The position numbers were made by a program, and so were the translations under genes. From assembly GCF_002113885.1 (NCBI RefSeq), contig NW_018408902.1, forward strand, positions 2,515,490 through 2,579,489: a stretch of 64,000 nt of DNA, read 5' to 3'. The notes below the pieces were generated by a model. That model was not told the origin of the DNA and ran no database searches. It saw only the letters and a list, made by a program, of their open reading frames with translations. Positions 28,325-41,290 of this stretch are shown here, piece after piece; position 1 is the first letter of the stretch; each line of letters starts with the position of its first letter. This DNA comes from Mizuhopecten yessoensis. Taxonomy: Eukaryota.

Positions 28325-29296
28325 ATGACGAATTTCATTAAACTGAGTAACGAGACCTATTCCTCTTCGGCATCATCAGATGAAAGATTCGCAAACTTCA
28401 GTTTTTCACCAAAAGCCACTGGAGGGACCATGGTCGTTTTTAAAGGCCTCATGTCATTGGTCAATCCGATTGGAGCGGATCCAATCAAGGCTGCTGTTAA
28501 GTTCTATCGCAACAACAACGATAAAACAGCAGCTGGTATTTGGAACCGGAAAGCCTCGGCCTATATACAAAACGCTGTTATTGGGGAGGCCTTTGCAACA
28601 AATTTCAAAAACATCACATTCCCAAAATGTTTTATGACTACGATTGAAACGGTGTCAACGTTAAATAGACAATTCAAGATGACGGATGGTCATCACCGGA
28701 AGCTGAGGAAAAACGAACTTGCTTTATTCGAAAGTTATATTGATGGCAGTTTTCAATCATTCGTTGATGACGATGGCACTATTCAAAAAGGCTGTCCAGA
28801 ACAATTGGAGGCGTTTTGTCATTTTGCCTACCATGAATCACGCGGTAAAATGATAGTCACTGGCGTAAAGGGCGTCCGCGCAAACGGCAAGTTCCAGCTT
28901 ACTGCTCCGAAAATTCACTCGATGGGAGGCAACTTCGGCCCGGATGACAGCGGCCAGGAGGCCGTTTTTAAGTTCTTTCTTGGACATAAATGTAAAAGAA
29001 GTTGTAAAACCAGCTGGCGCCATCCTCTCTCCTCCCCATCCGCTTTCGACCTGGGGCGAATAACCAGCCTGTTGTCAATCAATCAGAATCCAAGATCAGC
29101 AACACCGCCTCCGTCATATAAATCAGTGATTCAACTCGTTTGTGGAAACCAGTGCCACCGTTTCCTGATGGGAGATAATTCTGTTGTTGTGTTGCCAGAA
29201 CATTATCGTCAACATTTACAGACCGGAAGAGAGTTAGATATAGCGGGCAATACGATAGGTGTGTCGGACGCCGTTAGTTCCCTGCAGTGTGGGTAA
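28325..29296 (+). CDS. Alpha-kinase-domain protein 3 (predicted pseudokinase, 323 aa), PPSY motif
   Basis: Acceptor TTTCTTTTCCAG ends at 28302, ATG at 28325. Motifs AAVK, LFESYIDGSF, LEAFCHFAY, IVTGVKGV, LTAPKIHS, FGPDDSG, FFLGHKCKRSC. Tail TPPPSYKSV. Confidence 0.92.
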   Translation: MTNFIKLSNETYSSSASSDERFANFSFSPKATGGTMVVFKGLMSLVNPIGADPIKAAVKFYRNNNDKTAAGIWNRKASAYIQNAVIGEAFATNFKNITFPKCFMTTIETVSTLNRQFKMTDGHHRKLRKNELALFESYIDGSFQSFVDDDGTIQKGCPEQLEAFCHFAYHESRGKMIVTGVKGVRANGKFQLTAPKIHSMGGNFGPDDSGQEAVFKFFLGHKCKRSCKTSWRHPLSSPSAFDLGRITSLLSINQNPRSATPPPSYKSVIQLVCGNQCHRFLMGDNSVVVLPEHYRQHLQTGRELDIAGNTIGVSDAVSSLQCG

Positions 29297-31404
29297 GGGC
29301 GTGGTCTACTTCCGGACAAAGTTTTAATAAGTTTATGTCATGTTTCCATAATAGCTTTAATTGAAAAAAAATCGCATTTTGTAATTTTACTTTACGTCAG
29401 ATTATTACGAAACTATCGTACAATTAAAAAAAAAATATTGCTTAATCATAAAACTGCTTTTATATTAATATACAGGTGTTAAGTGTTATACTAAGCATAA
29501 GTATTTGTATCATTTTGGTACCGTGGACATTTATAATTGCAAGATAGGGGAATGTTTATATATGAATGTGTGCGTGTGTGTACGTGTGTGCGATATCACT
29601 ATGATGTTTTATTATAACTATACATTATATAAGGTTATTATCTATTATTATAAGAGAAGAAGCTTTGTAGTTATGTAAATGAACACATTGTACATTGTAT
29701 TTATAATCTATTAACGTACACCATAGTTTTATTTCTGATTAACTAACGTTTAACATTTGTGATCATTATCTACCCATATCTAATCGCTACTGAGGCGAAC
29801 CAAAGCGGATATTGTAGTACGATACTAATATGTGATAATATGTTTATCATTAAATAAAATAAGAATAGAAAAATTGGAAGATGGACTTGTTGTTCTATGA
29901 TACTATTAACTGAAGTGAAATGTAATGAAAACTAGTTTGCTTTAGTAAATTATTATTTGATAATCTTCCACATTCGTTAGAATCGCTAGAGTTGTATATT
30001 TAATAGTTGGAGTAATATTTAATAAATATGACAGTTACATAAAGCTGTACATGATGACGTAGACAAAAATAATGTCACAGGAGTGATATAATGAATTACC
30101 ACAAACGTCTACAGTGTTTCATATACACGGGTGTTTATTATCTTTAGTTTTGAACTGAAATCGATCGTGGGTAGGTTTTGGATCAGAAAAAAATCGAAAC
30201 GAATTACATAGAAAGTAAAACGAATTACCAAATATATTTACACTTAATATCTTCAATGGCGTTTATTACGTGTCGTTTTGGACGTAGATCGACCGTGGGT
30301 AGGTTTCTGGTCATAGAAAGTCGGTGAGTGTGGATATGTACTTAACAACATTTAAATCCATACGCAACATTATTCTATACCTCGAGTATTCATTGTACTA
30401 TAGCTATAATATACGGCCCCCTGTAACGGTCACTTTCACACACGATTGATTTTAACTAATAACATAATTCAGGCTGGTCATGTTTATTTGTTGAAAGTAT
30501 TTCGAGAGTCGAACTCCACAATGTGTTTACAATACAGAAATCGTAACCATCTTGTATAATACTAGGTTTGGCTTTCACCGCCAAAGAGGACATCGTTTTA
30601 TAATCAGGTTAACAAGTGTAGTATATTTGCAGAAATAATCTGCTAGATATATTGCTTTCAGGTGACAAGGTATTAAACTGTTACTCCGGTGTAGGATTGT
30701 ATTGTCCTCGTCAGTGTTAACAATGGGTAAATCGTATACACATACAGATATTGTATCTAGCTAGCTATTCAAAGGATTTATAAGACATGAACAATGTTTT
30801 TATATTTCAGTGCTCAGGTTTCTTCCCTTTTTTAAAATTTTTTAAGCATTCATTTTAATGCCTTTTATTTTTTTTAAACTTTCTAGCGATTTTACCGCAA
30901 CTCTAATGTTAATCCCGATTATATGATAATGTTTTTCTATCACAAATGAATCGATGTCGAATGGTCATCGAAACGAAACTTTTGTTTTCTTTTTACATGA
31001 GCGATAGGATTTGTCACATATGACTACACAACCGGACTTTACTGGTCTCAGATAGATCTAGGCCTAGTGATTACAAAGCCTGTTAAGATATCACAGTATT
31101 ATACCTTGGTGACGTATAGTTAATATTTCGCGATACTGTTATTATAATAGCCTCTTTTAAGTCCACATACAACGTGACCAGTCAATTGTGTCTATCTTAT
31201 CTATCACACATACGCCTATCCGGAACGTGCGTTTGCCAAGTAGTCATAGGAACCACCAAAATAACATAATACACAATATATAGCACCGTCAGTTTTATAG
31301 AGTATAACATTTCATGTTTTCTGAAACTTGTAAAAAAGAATCCAATATGTTAAAACAGTGTCGTTTATGATTAAGTTTGGTTGTTTTATATATATATATA
31401 TATG

Positions 31405-31645
31405 TATATTACCTCGGGTTAAAAGTGAAGGTCAGGGAAGTTACTGATAAGCAGTGTCGTCTATTATTCGTTGAAGGTAAGTTTGGCTGCTATATATAAA
31501 TATTATCCCGGATATAAGCGAAGGTCAAGGAAGTTACTGATAAACAGTGTCGTCTATTATTCGTTGAAGGTAAGTTTGGCTGCTATATATAAATATTACC
31601 ACGGGTATAAGCGAAGGGCAAGGAAGTTACTGATAAACAGTGGCG
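31405..31645. repeat. About 93-bp tandem repeat, about 2.5 copies
   Basis: GAAGTTACTGATAA recurs at 31437, 31531 and 31624 with shared intervening sequence. Confidence 0.85.
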
Positions 31646-32271
31646 TCCACCTGCTATGTCCAATGTCATTCACGAAATATTTTAAATATAAATAACACAT
31701 TCAACGACACCGGCAGAGGATGAGGGGATAGCGACATTTGTACTAACATATCTACAAAAGCTCGGTGAAAACAGATCTACGCAGCTAGTATGTAGTCATA
31801 TAAAGTTCATAATATGTATAAGTATTTTTAATAATTGAGATCAACAAAAATGACTAGGAGAATCAAACATCATTATGGATGCATGATTGACGCTTCAATC
31901 TCAGTACAACACTGACTGAACACTTGTAGTGTAATACAACAGTTATATATACAATGGTTTTGAAATTGATACTCATTATTTGGTATTAATTACAATGCAC
32001 AGCAAGCTATTAACTTTTGACTTAGAAAAACCAATGAATGGTATCAAGTGTGATATGTGTTCGTGTGAAGCAAACAAAATCATATTTCATTGTTTTGCCT
32101 TCATTCCTACATGGTCTTGCAAAATATAACTTAGCGTTGGCTTCTATCAAATATACAGACACATCAGAAATAAGTTGTGTTTTAACCATGAGAAATAAAC
32201 ACAACTCTCATAAGAATTACAAAACTTTGTGCTTCACGATCTTTGCATTATCTTCTATTAAATTCGTGATG

Positions 32272-33981
32272 TCAAGGACAGTCAGGAGCACTTTGGAATA
32301 TGTCAGTTTCATTGACCAGTATATACATTACAAGAGCGCCAATTGTAGAACCGACTTGAGTCACCACGCCACACCAAAACAGAGCTTTTCTACCTTCTCT
32401 TCTGAAGAGCGTTGCTATGGATACCTTTGAGAACGTCATTAATAGAACCAATAAAATCCATGACATCACCTTTGAATAAAAATAAAAATAAAATCATTAA
32501 CAAAGTAAAATGAGTAAAGGGATAATGTAGAAAAAGAACAATGTTGAGCTTATCCATTTTGACTTATATTTGCATATCTTTAAAGTGGCTTTAATTGTCA
32601 AATATTGAAAAGCTATTAATTCAAAACAATATTTGGTAAATTTGAAGCATGTTCGAAAACGAAAAGTTATATTGAAATAACCACCGTGTGTGAAAGACCT
32701 ATATTATCATTGGATGTATTTATTATGTATCTTTCGTACCATAATCACAGGACCCGCGACACTTTCGTACAGCAAAGGGGTTGGACTTTGTACAGCCATC
32801 AGCATAATGAATGCTGCCAAAGATGTACCCAACAAGACGAGAATACCGATAACGAGGCTCGAGGACACTGGAACTAAGAATACTCCAAAACACGCGACAG
32901 GATTGGCAATACTGGAGAGGGTGGCGCTAAGATGGTAAGCATTGGCACCATACGGTAGACACGAGTATGTCTGTATGGAAGGGAGCACCCCATTACCTAG
33001 AGCGTTGATCCAGCCGATCAGAATGATAAGGTACACATAAGTCCTTCGTCTAATTTCCGTCTGTTGGGGAGCTGGTTGGCTGACACTGCCAGAATAAATG
33101 TCAATCGTTCGAACTTTTTTGTTGTTAGGCAATAACGTTTGACTGGAGCCATTCACCATGGACGGATTGTGAACTGTGTCTGAAAATGTAGTGTAGTTAC
33201 GGCAAAAATCACTGTTTAAGTTAAAACTATTTATGAAGTCCTCGTCACTGGGTTCTTCTTTTACCTTTACGTGTTGTCTCTTACAGTACGGTAGGTAATT
33301 CAGAAGTGTGAACGCTAGACCACTCATCACTACCATACCGAAGAGGGAATAAAAGAAATGCTCCACTGGAAAGGAAGGATCTTGATATTCTGGTTGAATT
33401 TCATTATGTGAAATATTTGTAGTCGTGTCTAAGACCGATATATTCTGACACGTCATCTTCCCCACGCCTTGTCCTAGTGCTACTAGACTGGGGATCAGGC
33501 CACTCAGACCCTCTCCGATATACAGGCCAGACATATACTGGGTTTTGAACATGGACATAAAGGGAAGAAACAGGACAGACGATGTGCAGTCAACACTGGC
33601 AAGGAAAAACTGCAGAACCAATAAAGCCAAACTGTGATTCGTTCCCAGTACATACGAGGTATTCTTCCAGAAAAACACAAGGAGAAGGCAAGCGGCTGCC
33701 CCTACAACCAGAATAACATAAACTAAAGTCTTCTCGGGGATAGAATATTTGCAGCACAAAAACCAAAATGTCAGCATAACAGGTCCAATGTTCGCTAGTT
33801 GGGTAATCACTGTTAAATATGACGGGAGTTTCCAGCCCTCCGGTAAGTGAGGGACCATGATAGGCAGTTCTACCCAGAGGCCATTGACGGCTAACCATGA
33901 TGCAGTACCAAACATGGCGACAAGGATATAAACGAAGATGTTTACTTCGCGAAATCGATTGCAATTTCTTCTGTCAGTCAT
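32272..33981 (-). CDS. SLC52A: Riboflavin transporter, SLC52A (RFVT/GPR172) family; coding exons 33981-32740 and 32469-32272, 479 aa
   Basis: Signatures FGTASWLAVNGLWVELP, LPEGWKLPSYL, ANIGP, VDCTSSVLFLPFM, GEGLSGLIPS, NGVLPSIQTYSCLPYG, ANP. Phase-0 GT donor at 32739 and AG acceptor at 32471-32470 join to VMSWILL...TQVGSTIGA. Upstream acceptor at 34037-34036. Confidence 0.96.
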
Positions 33982-35924
33982 GATGTAAGATAATTAAAAT
34001 TGTCTTCCAATATCCTTCCGGTCGATAATTCTTTTCTGAAAAAGGGTAACAAATTGAATTTGAAATGTATAACAAAAATCTTCAAATAATTTTTAATGAT
34101 TAATCTGGATTTTATTTTCATAGTGAAAAAACCCCTGTATATTTATTACTTTCTTTAATAATGTTATAAACAAGGAAATAAGATTACTTATTATTTCAAA
34201 GCAAAAAATAAGTACGCATATTGTAACACATTTATTAAGTATTTTTAGAAGCGTAAGATGTTTTTGTAACAATAATAGAACACGGGATAGTTGACATAGT
34301 TAACAAAATGAAGCAAGTTGCAAACGCATATGTCTAACAGGAAACAACGAAAGAGGTAAGAATATTTGTAAAGGCTTACAGTCCTTCATTGAAATGAGAC
34401 ATAATGTTCAGAATGTATGTAACTATAACAGTTTGTTGACATTTTAAAAATGTATTGGATGTTTTTACCAAATATTTGTTATTTGATTTTTGAACATAAT
34501 TACATATCCCGCAGTGAAATATGTAAGGGGTATGGGAAGGATTGAAAATATATGAGGAGAAAGAGATGACACGAGAGCGAAGTACTAATATGCGAGATAT
34601 GAGAGAAAATACATAGACGGGAGACGGGCACAAGAGATAGAGAGAGAAACGAAATGTCAGATATGAAAACAAGACAGAAATTGGGGACAGTAATTGCAAT
34701 ACTGAGACGGGGACAGAAGATGCAATGGAATCCAAGAAGTTAGAGTTGTCTAATTGCGTCATCGCAATAAGTGCGAGGGAAAATGTTAGAATGCTATATA
34801 AGATGTTTTGAGATAACCAAGTCAAGAAAATGAACCAGCCCATTATTTTAAGAATGCCAGAAGAACGTCACTGACGTAAGGTATCCTTGTAGCCTGATTA
34901 TATTACTGTCAAACAAAAGAACAAATATATAAAGAAAACTATCATGTAGAAAAACAACTCTCAAATAAAAAATAAAATAAAATAACTGCCATACAATAAA
35001 CTTTATATATGAATATCATAAAACAGACTATGTATATAATAAACTCCCCTATAACACACCCATAGATAAATAATAATTAGACCACTCACTGTATAGAATA
35101 CACATTACACAATTGACAGTAACATTCATTAGAGATATTGTCAAATGCACATTGCATGAATAAATAACTGTTGTAGTACACACACTGTTAGGATTACCAA
35201 CGATCTTAAACTACTCTGTACTGGGTTGCGACAAGTTATAGTGATTTTTTCATGTTTTTTCGGAAATATTTTGAACAATTCTTGCTGAAACCTTGCATTA
35301 TAATTCCTGAAGTCGCTATGATCTTTTGTAACATAACAATCGTTTCGGTAACACGAGATGACCAGCTATCGAGAATTGAGAAACGTAGCGATTGGGAAAT
35401 GTCTTATCAAGTCAGTATCCTAACATGCAGAGAAGATTAAGGATCCCAAGATTAAGATTCCACAACATGCTATATTAAGTTAGCTAATGTGTAGCTGAGG
35501 CTTAGAGTCTAGACACCACGTAGGAATAATGTGACCCCCCCCCCCCCCCCCCCCCCCCCTGTAGTTTATCATGGATAGCGCCAACTGGTCAAACGATATT
35601 TAATGATCATCCTTAACAATTTTAAAATAAATCACAAATCATTAGTGAAGTGTTTTGATTATAAGCGTTAGAAAATACTATGTATATACCTATATTAACA
35701 AAAGAAGAAGTCACTTTACGAATCTCTGATTATATAGGACATCTTTAGGACGGGGTTTAAAAACAAATTTTGGTACTAACTACCAATAAATCACATACAT
35801 ATATATGCAAAATGAATCTTTTAGGGACAATCATTTGATCTTCGATAATACTTTTGTAACATAACTGTCATGCAATACTGTTTACTTTAATAAATGTAAG
35901 TCGTTACATAAATCACTTAATACA

Positions 35925-36113
35925 ATACATTTAAAACATTTAAAGTAACTGTAGTACAATGTTATACATTAAACACTCATACAACACACTAAACAGATTT
36001 AAAGTAACTGTAGTACAATGTTATACATTAAACACTCATACAATACACTTAATACATATAAAGTAACTGTAGTACAATGTTATACATTAAACACTCATAC
36101 AATACACTAAATA
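35925..36113. repeat. 59-bp tandem repeat, 3 copies
   Basis: AAAGTAACTGTAGTACAATGTTATACATTAAACACTCATACAA at 35942, 36001 and 36060. Confidence 0.92.
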
Positions 36114-36331
36114 GATTCCATAACGAGTATGTCACAAATGTAGTCATATTAAGGAATACAAACTGCAAAATATCTTCGTATCATAATTGTACGATGCTAG
36201 TTAATTGCCGTCCTTGTGATGACGTCATAATTTAGACAGGGATACACTAAACAGGGACTCCTACAATAGCTTTAAAGTATACAATTGTACTTAATGCTTT
36301 CCATATAAATACGACACTACGTGGTACATAC

Positions 36332-36450
36332 CTCGTCTCGGTTGCTCGCTGTACTCATCAGGATGTGGACTCCAGGTTACGCAGTACTATAACAGCCACA
36401 CGAGGGAACAGTTACTCACTGACGCTGGTTATTTAAACAATATATAATTG
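36332..36450 (-). promoter_or_regulatory. Putative first non-coding exon and core promoter of SLC52A
   Basis: Minus-strand donor GAG|GTATGT at 36331, Inr-like TCAGT at 36422-36418, TATA-like TATATA about 25 nt upstream. Confidence 0.45.
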
Positions 36451-39400
36451 TTAGACTTAGGACTTGTCTGGGTTGATACTCGGTCTGTGAACGATGTGTT
36501 TACTCTGTGTATCACTAGTCTGATAGAGTCGAACAACCGATAAAGTATCTCCGCTCATCATGTCTCGTTTAAAAGTGACATTTCCGTATTAAACAATTAG
36601 ATTTCTAGAGCAGCTTTTTCACAGCATATCGTGCCTTGTTAACTTATCAAATGGAAAGTAAATACACAACTCCATCTATACAACATTTCCAGACAAAGGG
36701 TTAACGTGTTGTACTGTCTTTTTATCGAAATAAACTTTATATCATTTTTTTTTTTTTTTTTTAGATTTTAACTGATTGCAGTAGACAATAAAGACATCAT
36801 AGGATGACGAAAAGTTATGTCGAGTTAGGCTCAGATTATAATTTTCTTCGGAAACTGTGATCCCGTTAAACCTGATGTAACTATGTAGTCAGAGTTGTAT
36901 CACAGACACTAAGCCGTTGCATGTTTTATGTATAAATATCTACTTCACAACGCTTTCGTTTGTTTTTCTTTTATAACTTCTCTAGTACAACAGTGTTCCT
37001 CGTTAATCCTAAACTACTATAAATTGTGTGGGGTCTGGTTTAGATAGTGTCAATTTGACACCTACATATAACTATGATTTCCACATGCTGTGTATGTGTG
37101 GCTTACAATATTTCTTTTCCCTGTCTAATAAACGCCCCTTACAGGTCATGTGTCTTGCGTCCTTTAACACTTGATGTGGTTCAACAAACAGTACGTTTGC
37201 TCTACGCATACGCAGTTTAATGTGATCCAACAATTACCCAATAAAATTTCCTATACATTTCCTTTGTTTACAGTAAAAATAGTAATGGGATTAGAGTTAT
37301 TTTCGATTGCCTTGATGTCATTGTACCGCCTATGATTCCATGATTTTCCATGATTTTCTGTATCACCGGAGTTTCGATAATGTCTATGAATATTGATGAT
37401 GCGGTAAATTTACTTCTGTTTTTACTTTTGCAGGTTACTTAGTATAGTAGACATACAACGGACGCATGAAAGACAGAGGACGAAATATAATACCGCAAAT
37501 ATTAACACTCGGGTTAGACATTTCTATTTTTAAAGGTATTGTCATAGTATAGTGATAAATAGTATCATAATTTCCTCTTTCATCTACAGCCAAAGTAACT
37601 ATTTGAAATTTAAAATTCCGGAATGAATACAAATAAAAAATGCATTGGTATTTGATATTTATTATCTGAAGTATCCAATATCCTCATTGAACAATATATA
37701 AATGATAATTATTTGTGTAATTACTTTGATCAGTGTTACCTTAGCAGCCCTATTTAAAAGTTTCAACGAAACGGTTGAAAATGTAAACAATGTATTATGA
37801 ACGGTCGATTGTCTTTAAATTTGAATCTACGTATATACGTGTAAAATGATATGATATTAAGACGGCACACATTATAATTAATCATTTATCTAAATGTCAC
37901 AAGGATGCAGGAACAAATTTTCATAAAATGGTGCAATGAGCTTGGCAGATTTTGTTTTTGAATTCCTTTAAGATGATTTTGGAAGCGCTTTTACAAAATG
38001 GCATGCGCTTTCACTTTTAATATTTTTCTCATTTTCTCACAATTTTCGGATCGGCTGAAAGAGTTGACTAAATGATGTATTTTATATTTCTTTTTTTATT
38101 AGCATTTTATCAATTTATTTGTTTGTTCTAATTCATCATTCAAAAACTTTTGCAAAAGCTTGATTTCAATTTTTGATAAAATGTTAATATTTACTTGTAT
38201 TTTATCATGTCACGTGTTTTAATCAGTGATATCTTATTTAAATTAGTTTTAAAGAATACAAAGTTATAACAAAACCGTATCAATAAAGTAAAGATTTGCA
38301 TGAAGATCCCTGAAAAAGTATAAGGAGATTGATAAAATAATAAAAATCCAAATATTCAGGTATATTTATCAAATATTAATATTTTAAAACTTGAAAGGAA
38401 TCATAATAGTATTTTTTAGCTTGCGTCATACAATAGCGAAACGTTGTACCGGGCTTGACATCGTCTAATGTATTAAAATGCAATACGCGAATGAATGTGC
38501 TTAATGTAGAAAAAATACAGAGCCACAGAGAGTTTAATTTGATGTGGAAATAACACTTAAACAACCTGAGGGCCAAACAGTACTAAATTTAATACCCATT
38601 GCGTTCCATTAGATCAATCAGCTAACCCGGAACTACGGAAAGTTTGGCTATAACGCTGCTGACGTTGTTTAAACTACCCTGCAATGAAATAGGGCATTTT
38701 CACTTAGATTGGCAGTTATTAAACCAGTATTTTTTATTTAAATGTTTGAAATGTATTATGCTATTTGTTTAACTAGATAAAAACAGATACTGTGAGGTAA
38801 ACAATACATGTATCTATTCGTTCACTCTTAACTACGATGCAATATCTGATTACAAATGTTTATTATAAAATCGCGTGTGGAATAAGAAACAAAATACACC
38901 AGCACTAGGATGAGTAGGTTTTATGTGTGGTTTTCTAGAATCTTTAATACACAACGTAAACAAGGAAAGAGAAAAACACAACAATATCACTAGGTATTAA
39001 ATATGCATGTGATTAAATTGTTTTAAAGTCATTCAACTTACCAGAAGATGTAATAAAAACTGAATCATATATATGCATATTTCGTATTATACATATTTAT
39101 CTTTTGACACGATAAGGGACGAGCGGAAGTTTTCCAAAAATATACTGGAAAAGAAACTGAGTCTGTGGAATATTACCACTAGTTAAATGATGATACCATG
39201 CGTCACAATGCAGTGTTATGGTTGACCGTGCATAGAAAATGTCCAGTACTGCATAGTCATTCTTGATGTTTTCAAACATTATTATCATCAAAGCAATCAT
39301 GCAAAAATACACAGAAAAGTAAAAAAAATATTATCTGCAAATGTAACAAAATACTTCAAAATGAGATTAAACCTCATTTGTAAAGAGTGTACATTCAACT

Positions 39401-41224
39401 TTTAAAAATATTAAAATTCAGTTTATTTCATAAGGTGGCGTTAATTAAGTGGCGATTTACTTTCCTGTTTGATTCTCTATTATACGTCAAATATCTTGAA
39501 AAATAAGATTTCAGCGTCAATTTTGAAACAAGCAAATGAAATATTCATTATTCAATTAGATATAAATAGTTACCTGTAAACAACATTACTTTGATATCTG
39601 GTACCAGTATACCTTAGTTGTATACGATATGCAGAAAGACTTTGTAATAGGGAAGTAGACATGGGAATGATACATTTGTATTAAAAATAGGAGTTAGGTA
39701 TATTTAAACATAAACGCTATATATATATATATGTATATCTATAATCAGCTGTCAAGGATTTTCCGCTAAACACTTCGTGCTCAATTAATTAGAAAGTTTC
39801 CCATGTTATTGTTAGCACCAAGGAAATATGTCCAATAGTATTGATAGTGACAGCAAAGTGTCGTTCTCCTCTGAGTAGAACTTATATTTAGCTTCATGTA
39901 GTGTATGCACCGAGCACTTCTATAAATAGATGTTTTATCACACACTTAATTTCAACCATCATGTTAGAGTTGACAAGCGTTTTTCAACTTTCCTTTTAAA
40001 ATTATTTAGTGTCGTTTATTCTAGTATACAGCTCCCGTACATACCTGTAATTGTGATTATGTTAAAAAGGAAAAGAATATATGGAAATATATGTGAATTA
40101 TAAAATCAAATAGTTTTGATACATATCTACGCCTTACTATTTTCTGGAAATGCTTCGCTGAGCGTAAGTCGATTTTTTCCCCGTGTGAAAGAAATTCACA
40201 AGTATGTATAAAATCTACTCACTGACCTTCCTCTATGTCATCGACCCGGCAGTAACATATTAAACCACGATCTGAACGTAACAGGTCTTGAAGCAATGAT
40301 TGCTCATCGGGATATTGTTGAGAGGAAATACAAGACCCTCGAAATGTCCACTTTGAACTTTGACGAAAAACAACAGGAAGAAAACATGAAAGTACTTTAC
40401 CAAGAAAAAGACACATTTTTGCTATTTTAGTCATTGTAATTAATAAGAGGTGATAGTGTATGTGTCTTAAACAAGTGTATAATGATGTTGCTTTTCATGT
40501 TTTCTCCGAATTGCCACTGTATATTTTCAGAAAACACGAAAATGACCATCTCTAGCTCCATCACCCTTACAGAAACAAACAAACGAAAAAAAAGATAGTT
40601 GATTTAATTGATTTGTATAGGAATAGTTCTTTTTACCAAATTCGGACTGTTGTAGATACATTAAAAATCTATTTACAAAGGTCTCTGCAATTTATTGCAG
40701 GATCCTCCACGTTTGTTTCACCACAATCGCTGTCAAAAAGGTGAATTATTTTTCAACGATTCGTTTTGAAATATCGCTGCTCTTATGATCTATAATAATA
40801 TCTGTTTAAATTAAGTCATCTCCATAATTCATATACCATTCCTCAAGGGTATATTTTATGACATTCCTGTATAATAAGTCTTGTTGACCAATACACTTCC
40901 TTGCAATGTTCTTTTCCTACCCACAAGACGTAAATCTAGGGGGTGGGAGTGTTCTTATATTTTGTTTCGATATCTCCTACGTTCCTCCTCTCAGTTCACA
41001 AAGCTTAAGACTTAAGATGCTCTTTTCCTTGTGTGTGACGCTTTCTGTTAAAAAAATTGTAAGAGCTATTTCTGTTAGAAATTTTGTAAGAGTTATTTCT
41101 GTTAGAATTTTTGTAAGAGTTATTTTCCCTGATTTGCTTTTTGTTGAAAGTAACACATGACACTTAATAGAATACATCAGTGAGATAGGTAACACAACAT
41201 GTTATATATAATGTTATATGTAAC

Positions 41225-41232
<8 letters not shown>

Positions 41233-41285
<53 letters not shown>
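41233..41285. repeat. (GA)n microsatellite
   Basis: About 26 perfect GA units. Confidence 0.97.

Positions 41286-41290
<5 letters not shown>

Noticed and set aside
32707-32739. VRKIHNKYIQ C-terminus of the SLC52A ORF
   Set aside because: Intron read-through; the true C-terminus comes from exon 32469-32272.
34376-34843. 155-aa hydrophobic ORF
   Set aside because: Low-complexity purine/pyrimidine-biased sequence in the SLC52A intron; no motifs.
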